Source: Myxococcales bacterium
GTDB lineage: Bacteria; Myxococcota; Myxococcia; Myxococcales; JAKAPL01
Reading direction: 5' to 3'
Length of the DNA: 64,000 nt
Assembly (NCBI GenBank): GCA_021807105.1
Contig: JAKAPL010000005.1
Coordinates: forward strand, 6,178-70,177
Made by a program: the position numbers and the translations under genes. This document shows positions 28,391 through 38,644 of this stretch, piece after piece (within the stretch, counting starts at the first letter, position 1; each line of letters opens with the position of its first letter). The notes under the pieces are model-generated. The model saw only the letters and a program-made list of their open reading frames with translations, was not told where the DNA came from and searched no databases.

Positions 28391-30214
28391 ATGAGGAGCA
28401 CAGCGGCCGAGCCTCTTGAGCCTCGCGCGGGCCCCGGGAGCCAGCGCGCCCTCGTCGATGGAGCCGCGGGAGCCGGGCCCGTGCGCTGGATCCTGGGGCA
28501 GGGGGAGGCGGCCGAGGCGGAGCAGGCCGCGAGCCTCGCCCGGGCCATCGGCATCCACCCGGTCGCGGCGCGCGTGCTCTGCCGGCGGGGCCTGGCGCGC
28601 CCCGAGCAGGTCGAGGCGTTCCTCGCCGACGACCTCGCGGGGCTGCCAGACCCTTTCCTGCTGCGCGACATGGACCGGGCGGTCGAGCGGATCGCCGCCG
28701 CGATCGCGCGCGGGGAGAAGATCGTCGCTTACGGCGACTACGACGTGGACGGCGTCTCGTCGACCGTGCAGCTCGTCACGCTCCTGCGCGCGGCGGGCGC
28801 GCAGATCGACTGGTTCGTGCCCCACCGGCTGCGCGAGGGCTACGGCCTCAACCCGGAGGCGATCGAGAGGCTCGCCGCGGGGGGGGCGAAGCTCATCGTC
28901 AGCCTCGACTGCGGCGTCGGCGCGGTCGAGGAGGTCGATCGGGCGGCGGCGCTCGGGGTGGACGTGATCGTGGTCGACCACCATCAGCTCTCCCCCGAGC
29001 TGCCGCGCGCGGCCGCCATCCTGAACCCGCTCCAACCGGATTGCCGCTTCCCGGAGAAGCGGCTCTGCGCCGCGGGGGTGACGTTCTTCCTCGTCATGGC
29101 GTTGCGCAAGCGGCTGCGCGAGGCCGGCGCGTTCGCGGGGCGCGAGGAGCCGAACCTGCGGCGGATGCTGGACCTCGTCGCGCTCGGGACGGTCGCGGAC
29201 GTGGTGCCGCTGCTCGGCGCGAACCGGACGCTCGTGCGGGCGGGGCTCGTCGAGATCGCGCGCGGGGCGCGGCCGGGCCTGCGCGCGCTCGCCGAGGTGG
29301 CGGGGCTGCCGCCGAGCCGGGCGGTCACCGCGGGCCAGGTCGGCTTCAAGCTCGGGCCCCGCATCAACGCCGCGGGGAGGATGGACGACGCGGGGCGGGC
29401 GGTGCGGCTCTTGCTCGCGGAGACGCCGGAGGAGGCGGTGCGGCTCGCCCGCGCGCTCGACGAGGAGAACCGCTCGCGCCGGGAGATCGAGGCGGCGATC
29501 CTGCGGGAGGCGCTCGCCCAGGCGGGGGAGCGGCTCGCGCGGGACCCGCCGCGCGGCCTCGTGCTCGCCGCCGAGGGGTGGCACCCGGGGGTCGTCGGGA
29601 TCGTCGCCTCGCGGGTGGCGGAGCGGACGGGCCGACCCGCCATCCTGCTCGCGATCGAGGGCGAACAGGCGAAGGGCAGCGGCCGGAGCGTCGCCGGGTT
29701 CGACATCCACGGCGCGATCGCCCAGTGCGGGGGGCTGCTCGATCGGTTCGGGGGCCATCGGGCGGCCATCGGGCTCGCGTTGCCGGCGAGGAGCATCCCG
29801 GAGTTTCGCGCGGCGTTCGAGGCGGCGTCCGCCCGCGGGCTGTCCGACGAGCAGGTGGGCCCTCGCTGCCACGTCGAGCTGCCGGTCGCGGCCGGGGACC
29901 TCACCGAGCGGCTCGCGCTCGATCTCGAGAAGCTCGCCCCGTTTGGCGCCGGCAACCCGGAGCCCGTGCTCGCGGCCTTCGGCCTCTCCGGGAAGGCACG
30001 GGCGATGCCCGCGCGGGAGGAGGGGAGCGAGCCCCACCTCGAGGTCCGGTTCCCCGGGCGGACGCCGCCGGCGATCGGGTTCGGGATGGGACGGGAGGCC
30101 GGCCTGTGCGATGGACCGGTGGACGCCGCGTTCCACCTGGAGGTCGATCGCTGGCAGGGACGGTCGCGCCTCCGGCTGCGGCTGCGCGCGCTGCGCGCGG
30201 CTCAGGCTTCCTGA
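28391..30214 (+). CDS. recJ: Single-stranded DNA exonuclease RecJ
   Basis: YGDYDVDG, EGYGL, DCG, DHH, GTVADVVPL, PRINAAGR, WHPGVVGIVAS, GSGRS, FGGH, PFGAGNPEP; start may be GTG at 28481. Confidence 0.95.
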   Translation: MRSTAAEPLEPRAGPGSQRALVDGAAGAGPVRWILGQGEAAEAEQAASLARAIGIHPVAARVLCRRGLARPEQVEAFLADDLAGLPDPFLLRDMDRAVERIAAAIARGEKIVAYGDYDVDGVSSTVQLVTLLRAAGAQIDWFVPHRLREGYGLNPEAIERLAAGGAKLIVSLDCGVGAVEEVDRAAALGVDVIVVDHHQLSPELPRAAAILNPLQPDCRFPEKRLCAAGVTFFLVMALRKRLREAGAFAGREEPNLRRMLDLVALGTVADVVPLLGANRTLVRAGLVEIARGARPGLRALAEVAGLPPSRAVTAGQVGFKLGPRINAAGRMDDAGRAVRLLLAETPEEAVRLARALDEENRSRREIEAAILREALAQAGERLARDPPRGLVLAAEGWHPGVVGIVASRVAERTGRPAILLAIEGEQAKGSGRSVAGFDIHGAIAQCGGLLDRFGGHRAAIGLALPARSIPEFRAAFEAASARGLSDEQVGPRCHVELPVAAGDLTERLALDLEKLAPFGAGNPEPVLAAFGLSGKARAMPAREEGSEPHLEVRFPGRTPPAIGFGMGREAGLCDGPVDAAFHLEVDRWQGRSRLRLRLRALRAAQAS

Positions 30215-30271
30215 CGGCGCAGAGGTTGCATGAATCCAGAGGGGAGTTCAGCGGGTACGGGAGGGGAAACC

Positions 30272-30475
30272 ATGCAGGTCGATCCCATCTGTGGGCGGAA
30301 GTTCGAGGCGGCGCCGGGGACGCCGAGCGTCGAGGTGAAGAGCCAGCGCTATTACTTCTGTTCCCCGCGCTGCAAGGAGGTGTTCGAGAGGCGGGCCGAA
30401 CGGGCGAGGCTCGGCCACCTGGCGAAGATCGGGGCGCTGCTGTCGAACGGCAAGGTCCGCTGGGGGATCGCGTAG
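30272..30475 (+). CDS. YHS domain protein
   Basis: RBS GGAGG; MQVDPICG...YYFCSPRCKEVF. Confidence 0.85.
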   Translation: MQVDPICGRKFEAAPGTPSVEVKSQRYYFCSPRCKEVFERRAERARLGHLAKIGALLSNGKVRWGIA

Positions 30476-30511
30476 GAAGCGCGCTTCCCTTTTCGTGACG
30501 ATCGATGTTCC

Positions 30512-30539
30512 TTGACTCGATCGATCGCGCCGGTATCAT
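30512..30539 (+). promoter_or_regulatory. Candidate sigma70 promoter of aspS
   Basis: TTGACT, 16-bp spacer, TATCAT, 47 bp upstream of the aspS ATG. Confidence 0.55.
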
Positions 30540-30586
30540 CCGTCCCGCTCGCGCGAGGCGCCGGTGCAGCCTTCGCGAGGGCGCCC

Positions 30587-32410
30587 ATGCCCGCTCGCCC
30601 GCGCTTCATCCAGGATCTCAAGCGAACCCATTCCTGCGGGGTGCTGACCGCCGCCGACATCGGGAAGACCGTGGTCCTGTTCGGCTGGGTGCAGAACCGG
30701 CGCGACCACGGCGGCTGCGTCTTCATCGACCTGCGCGACCGCGAGGGGCTGACCCAGGTGGTCTTCGAGCCGGAGACCGACGCCGAGGCGCACCAACTCG
30801 CCGGGACCCTGCGCCTGGAGTATGTCGTCGCCGTACGCGGCGAGGTCCGCAGCCGCGGGAGCCAGGTGAACCCGCGGCTCCCCACCGGGGAGATCGAGGT
30901 CCGGGCCACGCAGCTCGAGGTCTTCAACCGGGCCGAGACGCCGCCGTTCCCGATCGAGGACCGGATCGACACCGCGGAGGAGAAGCGGCTCGCCCACCGT
31001 TACCTCGACCTGCGCCGCGCGCCCCTCCAGAAGGTCCTGGTGATCCGCCACCGGATGAACCAGGCGGCGCGGACGTACCTCTCCGGCCGTGGCTTCCTCG
31101 AGCTCGAGACGCCCTTCCTGATTCGATCGACCCCGGGCGGCGCGCGCAACTTCCTCGTCCCTTCGCGGCAAAACCCGGGGAAGTTCTACGGCCTCGCCGA
31201 GTCGCCGCAGCTCTTCAAGCAGCTCTACATGGTGGCGGGCTTCGACCGCTACTTCCAGATCGTCAAGTGCTTCCGCGACGAAGACCTCCGGGGGGACCGC
31301 CAGCCGGAGTTCACCCAGATCGATCTGGAGATGAGCTTCATCGCCGAGCCGGACGTGTTCGCGATCGTCGAGGGGCTGATGGCGGAGCTGTTCCGTGTCG
31401 CGAAGGGGAAGGAGATTTCCGCGCCGTTCCCCCGCCTCACCTACGACGAGGCGATGGCCCGCTACGGCGTCGACAAGCCGGACACGCGCTTCGGCCTGCC
31501 GCTGTGCGAGGTGACGGACCTGGTGCGCGCCGCGGGCTCCGGGCTGCCGCTCCTGCCCCAGGCCGTCGAGCAGGGCGGCGTCGTGAAGCTCCTCTGCCTC
31601 CCCGGCGGCGGGGGGCTCTCCCGGACCGAGCTGGACGGGCTGGAGGGGGTCGCGAAGAGCTTCGGCGCGCGTGGCCTCGCCCGGGCGAAGATCGGCGCGG
31701 GCGGCGAGTGGACGCAGTCGCCGCTCGCCAAGGGCGCCTCGCCGGAGTTCCGCGCGGCCGTCGGCGAGCGGGCGCGGGCGGGCGAGGGCGACGTGCTGCT
31801 CTTCCAGTTTGGAAAGCCGAAGATCGTCAACGGCGTGCTCGGGCAGCTCCGGACGCTGCTCGCCAAGCGGCTCGGGCTGATCCCGGAGGGACGCGACGAT
31901 CTCCTCTGGGTCGTGGACTTCCCTCTCTTCGAGTACTCGGACGAGGCCAACGCGTACGTCGCGAGCCACCACCCGTTCACCGCGCCGCGGCCCGAGGACG
32001 TCGCGCACCTGCTCTCCGAGCCCGGCCGCGTGAAGGCGCGCGCCTACGACCTCGTCCTCAACGGCAACGAGATCGGCGGGGGTTCGATCCGGATCCACGA
32101 CTCGGCCGTGCAGGCCCAGGTCTTCCGCGCGCTCGGGATCTCCGACGAGGAGGCGCGGGCGAAGTTCGGCTTCCTGCTCGACGCCCTCCGTTTCGGCGCG
32201 CCCCCCCACGGCGGGATCGCGCTCGGGATGGATCGGCTGGTGATGCTCCTCGCCGGCGGCGAATCGCTGCGCGACGTGATCCCGTTCCCGAAGACCCAAC
32301 GGGGGACGGACCTCATGACCGGCGCGCCCGGGGAGGTCGGCCACGCGCAGCTCGACGAGCTGCACGTCGCGGCCGTCCCGGTGGCCGGCGCGGCCAAGGA
32401 CACGGGCTAG
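30587..32410 (+). CDS. aspS: Aspartate--tRNA ligase (likely non-discriminating)
   Basis: RTHSCG, GWVQNRRDHGG, STPGGARNF, CFRDEDLRGDRQPEFTQIDLE, HHPFT, GGGSIRIH, GAPPHGGIALG, FPKT. Confidence 0.97.
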   Translation: MPARPRFIQDLKRTHSCGVLTAADIGKTVVLFGWVQNRRDHGGCVFIDLRDREGLTQVVFEPETDAEAHQLAGTLRLEYVVAVRGEVRSRGSQVNPRLPTGEIEVRATQLEVFNRAETPPFPIEDRIDTAEEKRLAHRYLDLRRAPLQKVLVIRHRMNQAARTYLSGRGFLELETPFLIRSTPGGARNFLVPSRQNPGKFYGLAESPQLFKQLYMVAGFDRYFQIVKCFRDEDLRGDRQPEFTQIDLEMSFIAEPDVFAIVEGLMAELFRVAKGKEISAPFPRLTYDEAMARYGVDKPDTRFGLPLCEVTDLVRAAGSGLPLLPQAVEQGGVVKLLCLPGGGGLSRTELDGLEGVAKSFGARGLARAKIGAGGEWTQSPLAKGASPEFRAAVGERARAGEGDVLLFQFGKPKIVNGVLGQLRTLLAKRLGLIPEGRDDLLWVVDFPLFEYSDEANAYVASHHPFTAPRPEDVAHLLSEPGRVKARAYDLVLNGNEIGGGSIRIHDSAVQAQVFRALGISDEEARAKFGFLLDALRFGAPPHGGIALGMDRLVMLLAGGESLRDVIPFPKTQRGTDLMTGAPGEVGHAQLDELHVAAVPVAGAAKDTG

Positions 32411-32589
32411 GAGACTGGTGTGAAATGACTGCCTGCTGCGAAAGCCGATCCCTTCGCTCGCGACGGGCGGCCTCGTCGCTTCGCTGCTCAACGTACTGCA
32501 AAGAGTACGTTTGTGCTGCTCACTCCTCGTGCGCCCGTCTCGCCTCGGTCTCGGCTTTCTCGCGATGGCACCCATTTTACACCAGCCTC
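32411..32589. mobile_element. MITE family B, copy 2 (179 bp)
   Basis: GAGACTGGTGTGAAATG / CATTTTACACCAGCCTC; CTAG TSD on both sides, the left one containing the aspS stop codon. Confidence 0.92.
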
Positions 32590-32760
32590 CTAGTGTCCTG
32601 TCCGGCAAATCCCTTGGGATTCGAGCGCCCCCGGCCCGCCCCGGCGATGTTGCGCTCCCTGTGGCATACTTCAGAGAGCATGCCTGGGTCGCGCGCCTTG
32701 CCGGGACGGCCCAGGTTTGCTCTCGGTGCACAAGGTAGTTCTCGGACAGGACACTAAGAC

Positions 32761-34395
32761 GTGGCGCCGAGAGAGAGCTACGACATCCTCGTCATCGGCG
32801 GCGGCGTCAACGGCACCGGCACGGCGCGCGACTGCGCGATGCGGGGGCTCGCGACGGCGCTCGTCGAGAAGCGCGACGTGGCGTCGGGGGCGAGCGGTGC
32901 GAACAGCGGGATGATCCACGGGGGGATCCGCTACCTCCCTGCCGACCCGCAGGTCACCCGCCTCTCCTGCATCGACTCCGGCTACATCCAGAAGATCGCG
33001 CCGCACCTGCTCTTCCGCATCCCCTTCATCTTCCCGATGCGGCGCAAGGGGCCGCGCCCGTCGCTCGTCGAGAAGGCGTACCTGTACGGGGCCGAGGTCG
33101 TCTTCTCGATGTACGACGACTACCAGCCCTTCAAGCGGGGAAAGCCGTCGAGCCGGCTCTCCGCCGAGGAGACCCGTGCGCTCGAGCCGGGCATCCGGCC
33201 CGACATCGTCGGCGCGGTGACGACCGACGAGTGGGGCATCGACCCGCAGCGGCTCTGCGTGGCGAACGCCCTGTCGGCCAGGGCGCACGGGGCGGACGTC
33301 TTCCTCCACGCGCGCGTCGTGGGGTTCGTGCGGGCCTCGGACGGACGGGTCCTCGGGGCGGAGGTCGAGCAGGACGGCCGGCGCTTCGTGCTCCGGGCGC
33401 GCGTGGTGCTCAACGCCTCCGGCCCGTGGTCTCCCCGGGTCGCCGCGCTCGCCGGCGTCACCGTGAAGCTCCGGCCGGGCAAGGGCGTCCACCTCACCCT
33501 CGACCGGCGGATCTCCAACTACGGGGTGATCTGCACCGCGGTCGACGGCCGGCAGATCTTCGTCTACCCGCACGAGCAGTCCTCGATCATCGGCACCACC
33601 GACGACGACTACTATGGCGATCCGGATCACATCCCGATCACGCGGGACGAGGTCGAGTACCTGTTCCAGGGCATCGAGAGCATCTTCCCATCCATCCGGC
33701 GGGCGCGGGTGGTGCGCGCCTGGGCCGGCGTCCGGCCGACGCTCTGGAAGTACGGGCGGACCGAGGACGCGCTCTCCCGGGAGCACGCCCTCATCGATCA
33801 CGCGGACCACGGCGCCCCGGGCCTCTACAGCCTCGTGGGCGGGAAGCTCGCGAGCTACCGGGTGATGGCCGAGGAGACGACCGACGTGCTTTCCCGCGCG
33901 CTGCATCGCTTCGCGCGCTGCCGCACGCACGAGGAGCCGCTCCCGGGGGGCGAGGGAGTTCCCGACGTGGCGGAGCTCGCGGCCGAGCATCGCTTCCCCG
34001 AGTGGACCGTGAGCCGCTGCGTCTACCGGCACGGGAAGCTCGCGGACCGGATCCTCGCCGCGGCGCACGACGAGCCGTGGCTGCGGTCGATGCTCTGCCC
34101 CTGCGAGCAGGTGACCTACGCCGAGGCCGTCTGGTGTCTCCGCGAGGAGCTGGTTCGGACTCTCTCCGACCTGCGGCGCCGCTGCCGGCTAGGGATGGGG
34201 CCATGCCAGGGCGCGGACTGCGCGGGCGCCGCGGCGCAGCTCCTCGCGCGCGAGCGCAGGCTCTCACCGGGCGAGACCGAGCGCGAGCTGCGCGTCTTTC
34301 TCGCCGAGCGCTGGTCCGGACAGAGGCCGGTCCTCGCCGGCGAGAGCATGGGCCAGCAAGAGATCACCCGGGCCCTGTACCGGGAGACGCCGTGA
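32761..34395 (+). CDS. glpA: Glycerol-3-phosphate dehydrogenase subunit A (FAD)
   Basis: GGGVNG, GMIHGGIRY, NASGPW, IGTTD, AGVRP, GGKLASYRVMAE, C-terminal CPCE...RLGMGPCQGADC (BFD-like Fe-S). Confidence 0.9.
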   Translation: MAPRESYDILVIGGGVNGTGTARDCAMRGLATALVEKRDVASGASGANSGMIHGGIRYLPADPQVTRLSCIDSGYIQKIAPHLLFRIPFIFPMRRKGPRPSLVEKAYLYGAEVVFSMYDDYQPFKRGKPSSRLSAEETRALEPGIRPDIVGAVTTDEWGIDPQRLCVANALSARAHGADVFLHARVVGFVRASDGRVLGAEVEQDGRRFVLRARVVLNASGPWSPRVAALAGVTVKLRPGKGVHLTLDRRISNYGVICTAVDGRQIFVYPHEQSSIIGTTDDDYYGDPDHIPITRDEVEYLFQGIESIFPSIRRARVVRAWAGVRPTLWKYGRTEDALSREHALIDHADHGAPGLYSLVGGKLASYRVMAEETTDVLSRALHRFARCRTHEEPLPGGEGVPDVAELAAEHRFPEWTVSRCVYRHGKLADRILAAAHDEPWLRSMLCPCEQVTYAEAVWCLREELVRTLSDLRRRCRLGMGPCQGADCAGAAAQLLARERRLSPGETERELRVFLAERWSGQRPVLAGESMGQQEITRALYRETP

Positions 34396-35609
34396 CGAGG
34401 GTCCTCGTCGTCGGGGGAGGAGTCGCGGGGCTCACGGCGGCCCTCGCCGCGCGCGAGGCGGGTGCCGAGGTGGCGATCGTCTCGCGGGGGCCGGGCGCGA
34501 GCGCGCTCGTGTCGGGCGCCGTCGAGGTCGCGCCGGGGGGGGGGCCGCCCGTAGAGGCGGCGCGGGCGCTCGCGGATCGCCTGCCCGGTCACCCGTACGC
34601 CCGGCTGCGCGATCGGCTGGGCGAGCTGCCCGGCGCGCTGTCGCTCCTGCGCCGGAGCCTCTCTCCGCACCTCTCGGAGGAGGGGGGGCGGTTCGTGACC
34701 CCCCTGGGTGGCGTCCGTCCGGCGGCGCTCGCGCAGGTGTCGCAGGCGGCGGGAGCGATTCGGGCCGGGGAGCGGATCGCCGTCGCGGGGTTCCGGCACC
34801 ACCCCGGCCTCTCGGCGAGCGAGCGGATCGCCGAGCGGCTCGCCGGGGAGGGAATCGCGGCTTCCTCCGTGACGCTCGACTGGCTGGACAGGGTCGAGCG
34901 GCTGGGGTGGACGATCTTCGAGCTGGCCCGGCTCCTCGACGATCCGGCCGAGGCGGCGCGGCTCGGAGAATCGATCCGGAGGGCGAAGCCCCAGGCCGAT
35001 CGCGTGCTCCTGCCCGCGTTCGTCGGGATCGAGCGCCCGGAGCAGTCCCTGAAGCTCGTCTCCGAGGCCGCGGGGGTCGCCTGCGGCGAGAGGCTCGCCG
35101 GGCTGCCGACGCTCCCGGGCCTGCGCCTTCGCCGCGCGATGGATAGAGCGCTCGGCGCTCCCGAGCTGCACCCGGTGGCCGGCGAGGTCGTCGAGCTGCG
35201 CGACGGCCACGCCCGCGTCGATCGCGAGTCGGGCGAGGAGGAGCTGCGCTTCGACGTGGCCGTGCTCGCCTCGGGCAAGTACGTCGGCGGCGGAATCCGC
35301 TGCGGCCGGTCCTTCGTCGAGCCCCTCGGTGGCTTGCCCGTCCACGACGGCCAGGGCGAGCTGAACGGCCGGGCGCCCGAGAGATTGCTGGCCGACGCTC
35401 CCTGCGGGCCCTGCCCCGCGTTCGAGGCGGGTGTCCGCATCGACGGCTCGTCGCGGCCGCTCGACGCGACCGGCGCGCCGGTGGCGTGGCTGCGGGCGGC
35501 CGGGGCGGTGCTCGCCGGTTCGGACTTCGCCGCGGACGGCGCCGGCCTCGGGCTCGCCGCCTTCACGGGATACCTCGCGGGACGTTCCGCCGCCGCGGGT
35601 CGAGGGTGA
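34392..35609 (+). CDS. glpB: Anaerobic glycerol-3-phosphate dehydrogenase subunit B-like
   Basis: GTG overlapping the glpA stop; GGGVAG, GASALVSG, PTLPGLRL, VLASGKYVGGG, AAGAVLAG, GLGLAAFTG. Confidence 0.85.
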   Translation: MTRVLVVGGGVAGLTAALAAREAGAEVAIVSRGPGASALVSGAVEVAPGGGPPVEAARALADRLPGHPYARLRDRLGELPGALSLLRRSLSPHLSEEGGRFVTPLGGVRPAALAQVSQAAGAIRAGERIAVAGFRHHPGLSASERIAERLAGEGIAASSVTLDWLDRVERLGWTIFELARLLDDPAEAARLGESIRRAKPQADRVLLPAFVGIERPEQSLKLVSEAAGVACGERLAGLPTLPGLRLRRAMDRALGAPELHPVAGEVVELRDGHARVDRESGEEELRFDVAVLASGKYVGGGIRCGRSFVEPLGGLPVHDGQGELNGRAPERLLADAPCGPCPAFEAGVRIDGSSRPLDATGAPVAWLRAAGAVLAGSDFAADGAGLGLAAFTGYLAGRSAAAGRG

Positions 35610-35612
35610 ACC

Positions 35613-36050
35613 ATGTTGGAGAAGCGCGAAATTCTCGGGTGGGTCACTTTCGGGGGGAGGGCGCTCGTCGTCCATCCGTTGCAGGTCGCGTTCCGGGGCC
35701 GCCCCGGGGTCGATCGGTTCCGTGAGAACTTCCTGCCCGAGGGGCTCGTGCCCACGAGCGCGGCGGACCGGAGGCTGCTGCGCGGGGCCTCCCGTTGCAC
35801 GAGCTGCCACCTGTGCGACGCCGCCGGAGCGAGCCCGGCCCTTCCGAGCCTCGTGCCCCTCGTCTTCGCCCGCAGCAGCCTGGACCTCGTCCACGCGCGG
35901 CCGGCCCTCGCCGCCCTCGCCGCGCGGCCGGAGGTCCTAGAGGAGGGGGAGCGGCTCTGCCCGAGCGGGGTGCCCCTTCGCCTACTGGCGGACTGGCTCG
36001 TCGATCGGTTGGCGAAGGTGGACGCCGCGGCCGGCGGTGGTGCTCCGTGA
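35613..36050 (+). CDS. Small 4Fe-4S protein
   Basis: CTSCHLC and LCPSGVP motifs; coupled to neighbouring genes. Confidence 0.7.
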   Translation: MLEKREILGWVTFGGRALVVHPLQVAFRGRPGVDRFRENFLPEGLVPTSAADRRLLRGASRCTSCHLCDAAGASPALPSLVPLVFARSSLDLVHARPALAALAARPEVLEEGERLCPSGVPLRLLADWLVDRLAKVDAAAGGGAP

Positions 36051-38644
36051 GCCCCGCCGCCGACGCTCCGGTGCGTCCCGTTCCGCCTCCGCGGGAAGGG
36101 ACCCGGACGCTCGCGGCGGAGCTGGGGCCCCGCTGCGGCGGCCGCGTCTCCTTCTCGGATCTCGACCGGCTCGCCTGCGCGCGCGACATGTGGCCGCGCT
36201 GGCTCATCTACGAGCGCGAGGGGCTCTGGCCCCGGCCGCCGGATCTCGTCGCGAGCCCGGCGACCGTCGTCGAGGCGCAGGCCGTCCTCGCCGCCTGCGC
36301 CAAGGCCGGCGTCCCCGTCGTGCCGTACGGAGCCGGCTCGGGCGTCTGCGGCGGCACGCTCTGCACGCAGGGGGGCGTGGCGCTCGATCTGAAGCTCCTC
36401 TCCCGCGTCCGGCGGATCGATCCCGAGCGGCGGACGGTCACGGTCGAGGCGGGCCACCTCGGCTGGACGCTCGAGGAGAAGCTCGCCCGCGCCGGCTGGA
36501 CCGCGGGCCATTTCCCATCGTCGATGAGCTGCTCGACCGTCGGCGGCTGGGTGGCGGCGCGCGGGGCCGGGCAGCTCTCGACCCGCTACGGGAAGATCGA
36601 GGACATCTGTCTGGGCCTCGAGGCCCTGCGCTTCTCCGGGGAGCGGATCGAAGCCGAGGCCGACCTCGGCCAGAGCCCCTGGGTCGACCTGCTCGCGGGC
36701 AGCGAGGGCACGCTCGCGGTCGTGACCGCGGCCACCCTGCGCCTCTGGTCGGCTCCGGAGCGGCGGCGGTTCTCGGCCTGGCGCTTTACGGGCGTCGAGC
36801 CGGGCCTCGCCGCCCTGCGCGAAGTCCTCCGGGCCGGCCTGCGTCCGGCGGTCGTCCGCCTCTACGATCCCCTCGACACGCTGCTCGCGAGCGGCGGCGA
36901 CTCCGGCGGCCCGAGCGGGGGCCGGAAGAGCCCGGCCGCGGCCTCCTCCAACCCCTGGCTGCGGGCCGTCGGGAAACGGCTGGGCTTCCCCGCCCTCGGC
37001 CTCGCGTTGCGGGCCAGTTGGACGATCACGCGGGCCGTCGACCTCCTCGCCCGCCGGGGCTGCCGGCTCGTCCTGATCTTCGAGGGAGCGTCTGCGCTCT
37101 GCGACGCCGAGGCCCGGGCGGCGGAGCCGATCCTGCGGCGGCACGGCGCGGTGGCGCTCGGGGAGGAGCCGGCCGAGCACTGGTGGAGGCACCGCTACGA
37201 CATCTCCTTCCGCCAGGCGCCCGTCTTCGCGGCCGGCCTCTGGGTCGATACGATGGAGCTGTCCGCGACCTGGGACCGCCTCCCCGTGCTCTACCGTTCG
37301 GTCCGCCGCGCGCTCGCGCCCTACGCCGTCTGCATGGCTCACTTCTCCCACGCTTACGCGGACGGCTGCTCGGTCTACCTGACCTTCATCGGCGGGGGCG
37401 GCAGCGCCGAGGAGGCGGCGGAGCGTCATCGCGACGCCTGGGCGGCCGGCCTGACCGCGGCGCTCGCCGAAGGGGTCGCGGTCACCCACCACCACGGCGT
37501 CGGCCTCGCGAAGGCCGATGCCTACCAGAAGCAGCTCGGCGCCGGCGGACAGCGGCTGCTCTCGGCGCTCCACGGCGCCCTCGATCCCCGCGGCCTCATG
37601 AACCCCGGGAAGCTCGGGCTGCGCCCGCCCCCGTCGGCGCCGGTCCGCGTGCGCGCCGCCCGGACGGCGCGGCGGCGGTTTCGTCCCTCCTCCCGCGAGG
37701 AGCTCGCGGCCTGGCTCCGGTCCCAGGCGGCCGAGGGGGGCGCCGATCTCTCGGCGATCGATGGCTCCGCCTTCGATACGCTCGGCCCGATCGGCGAGGA
37801 CGCCCTCTTCGTGGAGGCCGGCGCGGGGCGCAAGCTGGCCGGGATCGAGTCGCGGCTGCGGACTCGTGGGCTGACGCTCGGCCTCCTGCCGCCGTCGGTG
37901 CTCGCGGGCACCGTCGCCGACTGGCTCGAGGGGCCGCATCGCGGCCTGCGCGCCTCGCCCTCCGGACTCCTGGAGACGGCCGCGCTCTCGCTGGAAGCGC
38001 TGCTGCCCGACGGCACGATCTTCCGTTCGCCGCCCGTTCCTCGCTCGGCCGCAGGCCCCGGGCTGGTCTCGCTCGTCCTCGGCGGCGAAGGACGTTGCGC
38101 GCGGCTGGTCTCCGCGGCGCTGCGGGTCGCGCCGTCGGCGGCGGCCCGGCGGCGCGTCGCCCTGCGCGCCCGCCGCGCCGCGCCGCTTTTCGCGACGCTG
38201 CGCGCGGGGCTCTCCGCGGGCGCGATTCCGGCGGCGGCGGGCCTCTGGCGCGACGGCGGAGAGGTCGTCCTGGCGGCGGCCTACGACGGCCCCGGAGCCG
38301 TCACCGAGGCGGGCGCCGAGACCGTGCTCGCGGAGGCGGGCAAGCGCGCCCTCGCGCCGGGCCACGCCGCGGACGGCCAACACTGGTGGAGCGGCCGCGC
38401 CGGCGCCGTGGGGCTCGAGGTCGCGTGCTCCTGGTTGGACATGGCGGCGCTCTTCTCACGGTGGTCCGGGCGGTTCGAGCTCTACCGGATCACGCACGAG
38501 GGGGCGGTGGTGGTCGGTCTCCCGCAACGAGCCGTGAAGGGCAGCCGCTTCCGAAAGCTCCACCCGCGTCCCTCGCGTCGCGCCCCCGATCCGCTCTTCG
38601 ATGGCGTGGCGCGCTCGCTTCGCGCGCCGGGAGGCCGGTCATGA
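36047..38644 (+). CDS. FAD-binding oxidoreductase, alkyl-DHAP synthase-like, with a second degenerate FAD-binding domain
   Basis: VPYGAGSGVCGG, GHFPSS...STVGGWVAARGAGQLSTRYGKIED, GSEGTLAVVT, AHFSHAYADGCSVY, THHHGVG, MNPGK; then VEAG...GTVADWL...RSAAGPGL. Confidence 0.85.
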   Translation: MSPAADAPVRPVPPPREGTRTLAAELGPRCGGRVSFSDLDRLACARDMWPRWLIYEREGLWPRPPDLVASPATVVEAQAVLAACAKAGVPVVPYGAGSGVCGGTLCTQGGVALDLKLLSRVRRIDPERRTVTVEAGHLGWTLEEKLARAGWTAGHFPSSMSCSTVGGWVAARGAGQLSTRYGKIEDICLGLEALRFSGERIEAEADLGQSPWVDLLAGSEGTLAVVTAATLRLWSAPERRRFSAWRFTGVEPGLAALREVLRAGLRPAVVRLYDPLDTLLASGGDSGGPSGGRKSPAAASSNPWLRAVGKRLGFPALGLALRASWTITRAVDLLARRGCRLVLIFEGASALCDAEARAAEPILRRHGAVALGEEPAEHWWRHRYDISFRQAPVFAAGLWVDTMELSATWDRLPVLYRSVRRALAPYAVCMAHFSHAYADGCSVYLTFIGGGGSAEEAAERHRDAWAAGLTAALAEGVAVTHHHGVGLAKADAYQKQLGAGGQRLLSALHGALDPRGLMNPGKLGLRPPPSAPVRVRAARTARRRFRPSSREELAAWLRSQAAEGGADLSAIDGSAFDTLGPIGEDALFVEAGAGRKLAGIESRLRTRGLTLGLLPPSVLAGTVADWLEGPHRGLRASPSGLLETAALSLEALLPDGTIFRSPPVPRSAAGPGLVSLVLGGEGRCARLVSAALRVAPSAAARRRVALRARRAAPLFATLRAGLSAGAIPAAAGLWRDGGEVVLAAAYDGPGAVTEAGAETVLAEAGKRALAPGHAADGQHWWSGRAGAVGLEVACSWLDMAALFSRWSGRFELYRITHEGAVVVGLPQRAVKGSRFRKLHPRPSRRAPDPLFDGVARSLRAPGGRS

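Noticed and set aside
32313-32738. Short recurring ORFs (MAACCES..., MQYVEQRSDEAARR...) at several loci
   Set aside because: They are translations of MITE B copies; frames and stops are not conserved between copies.
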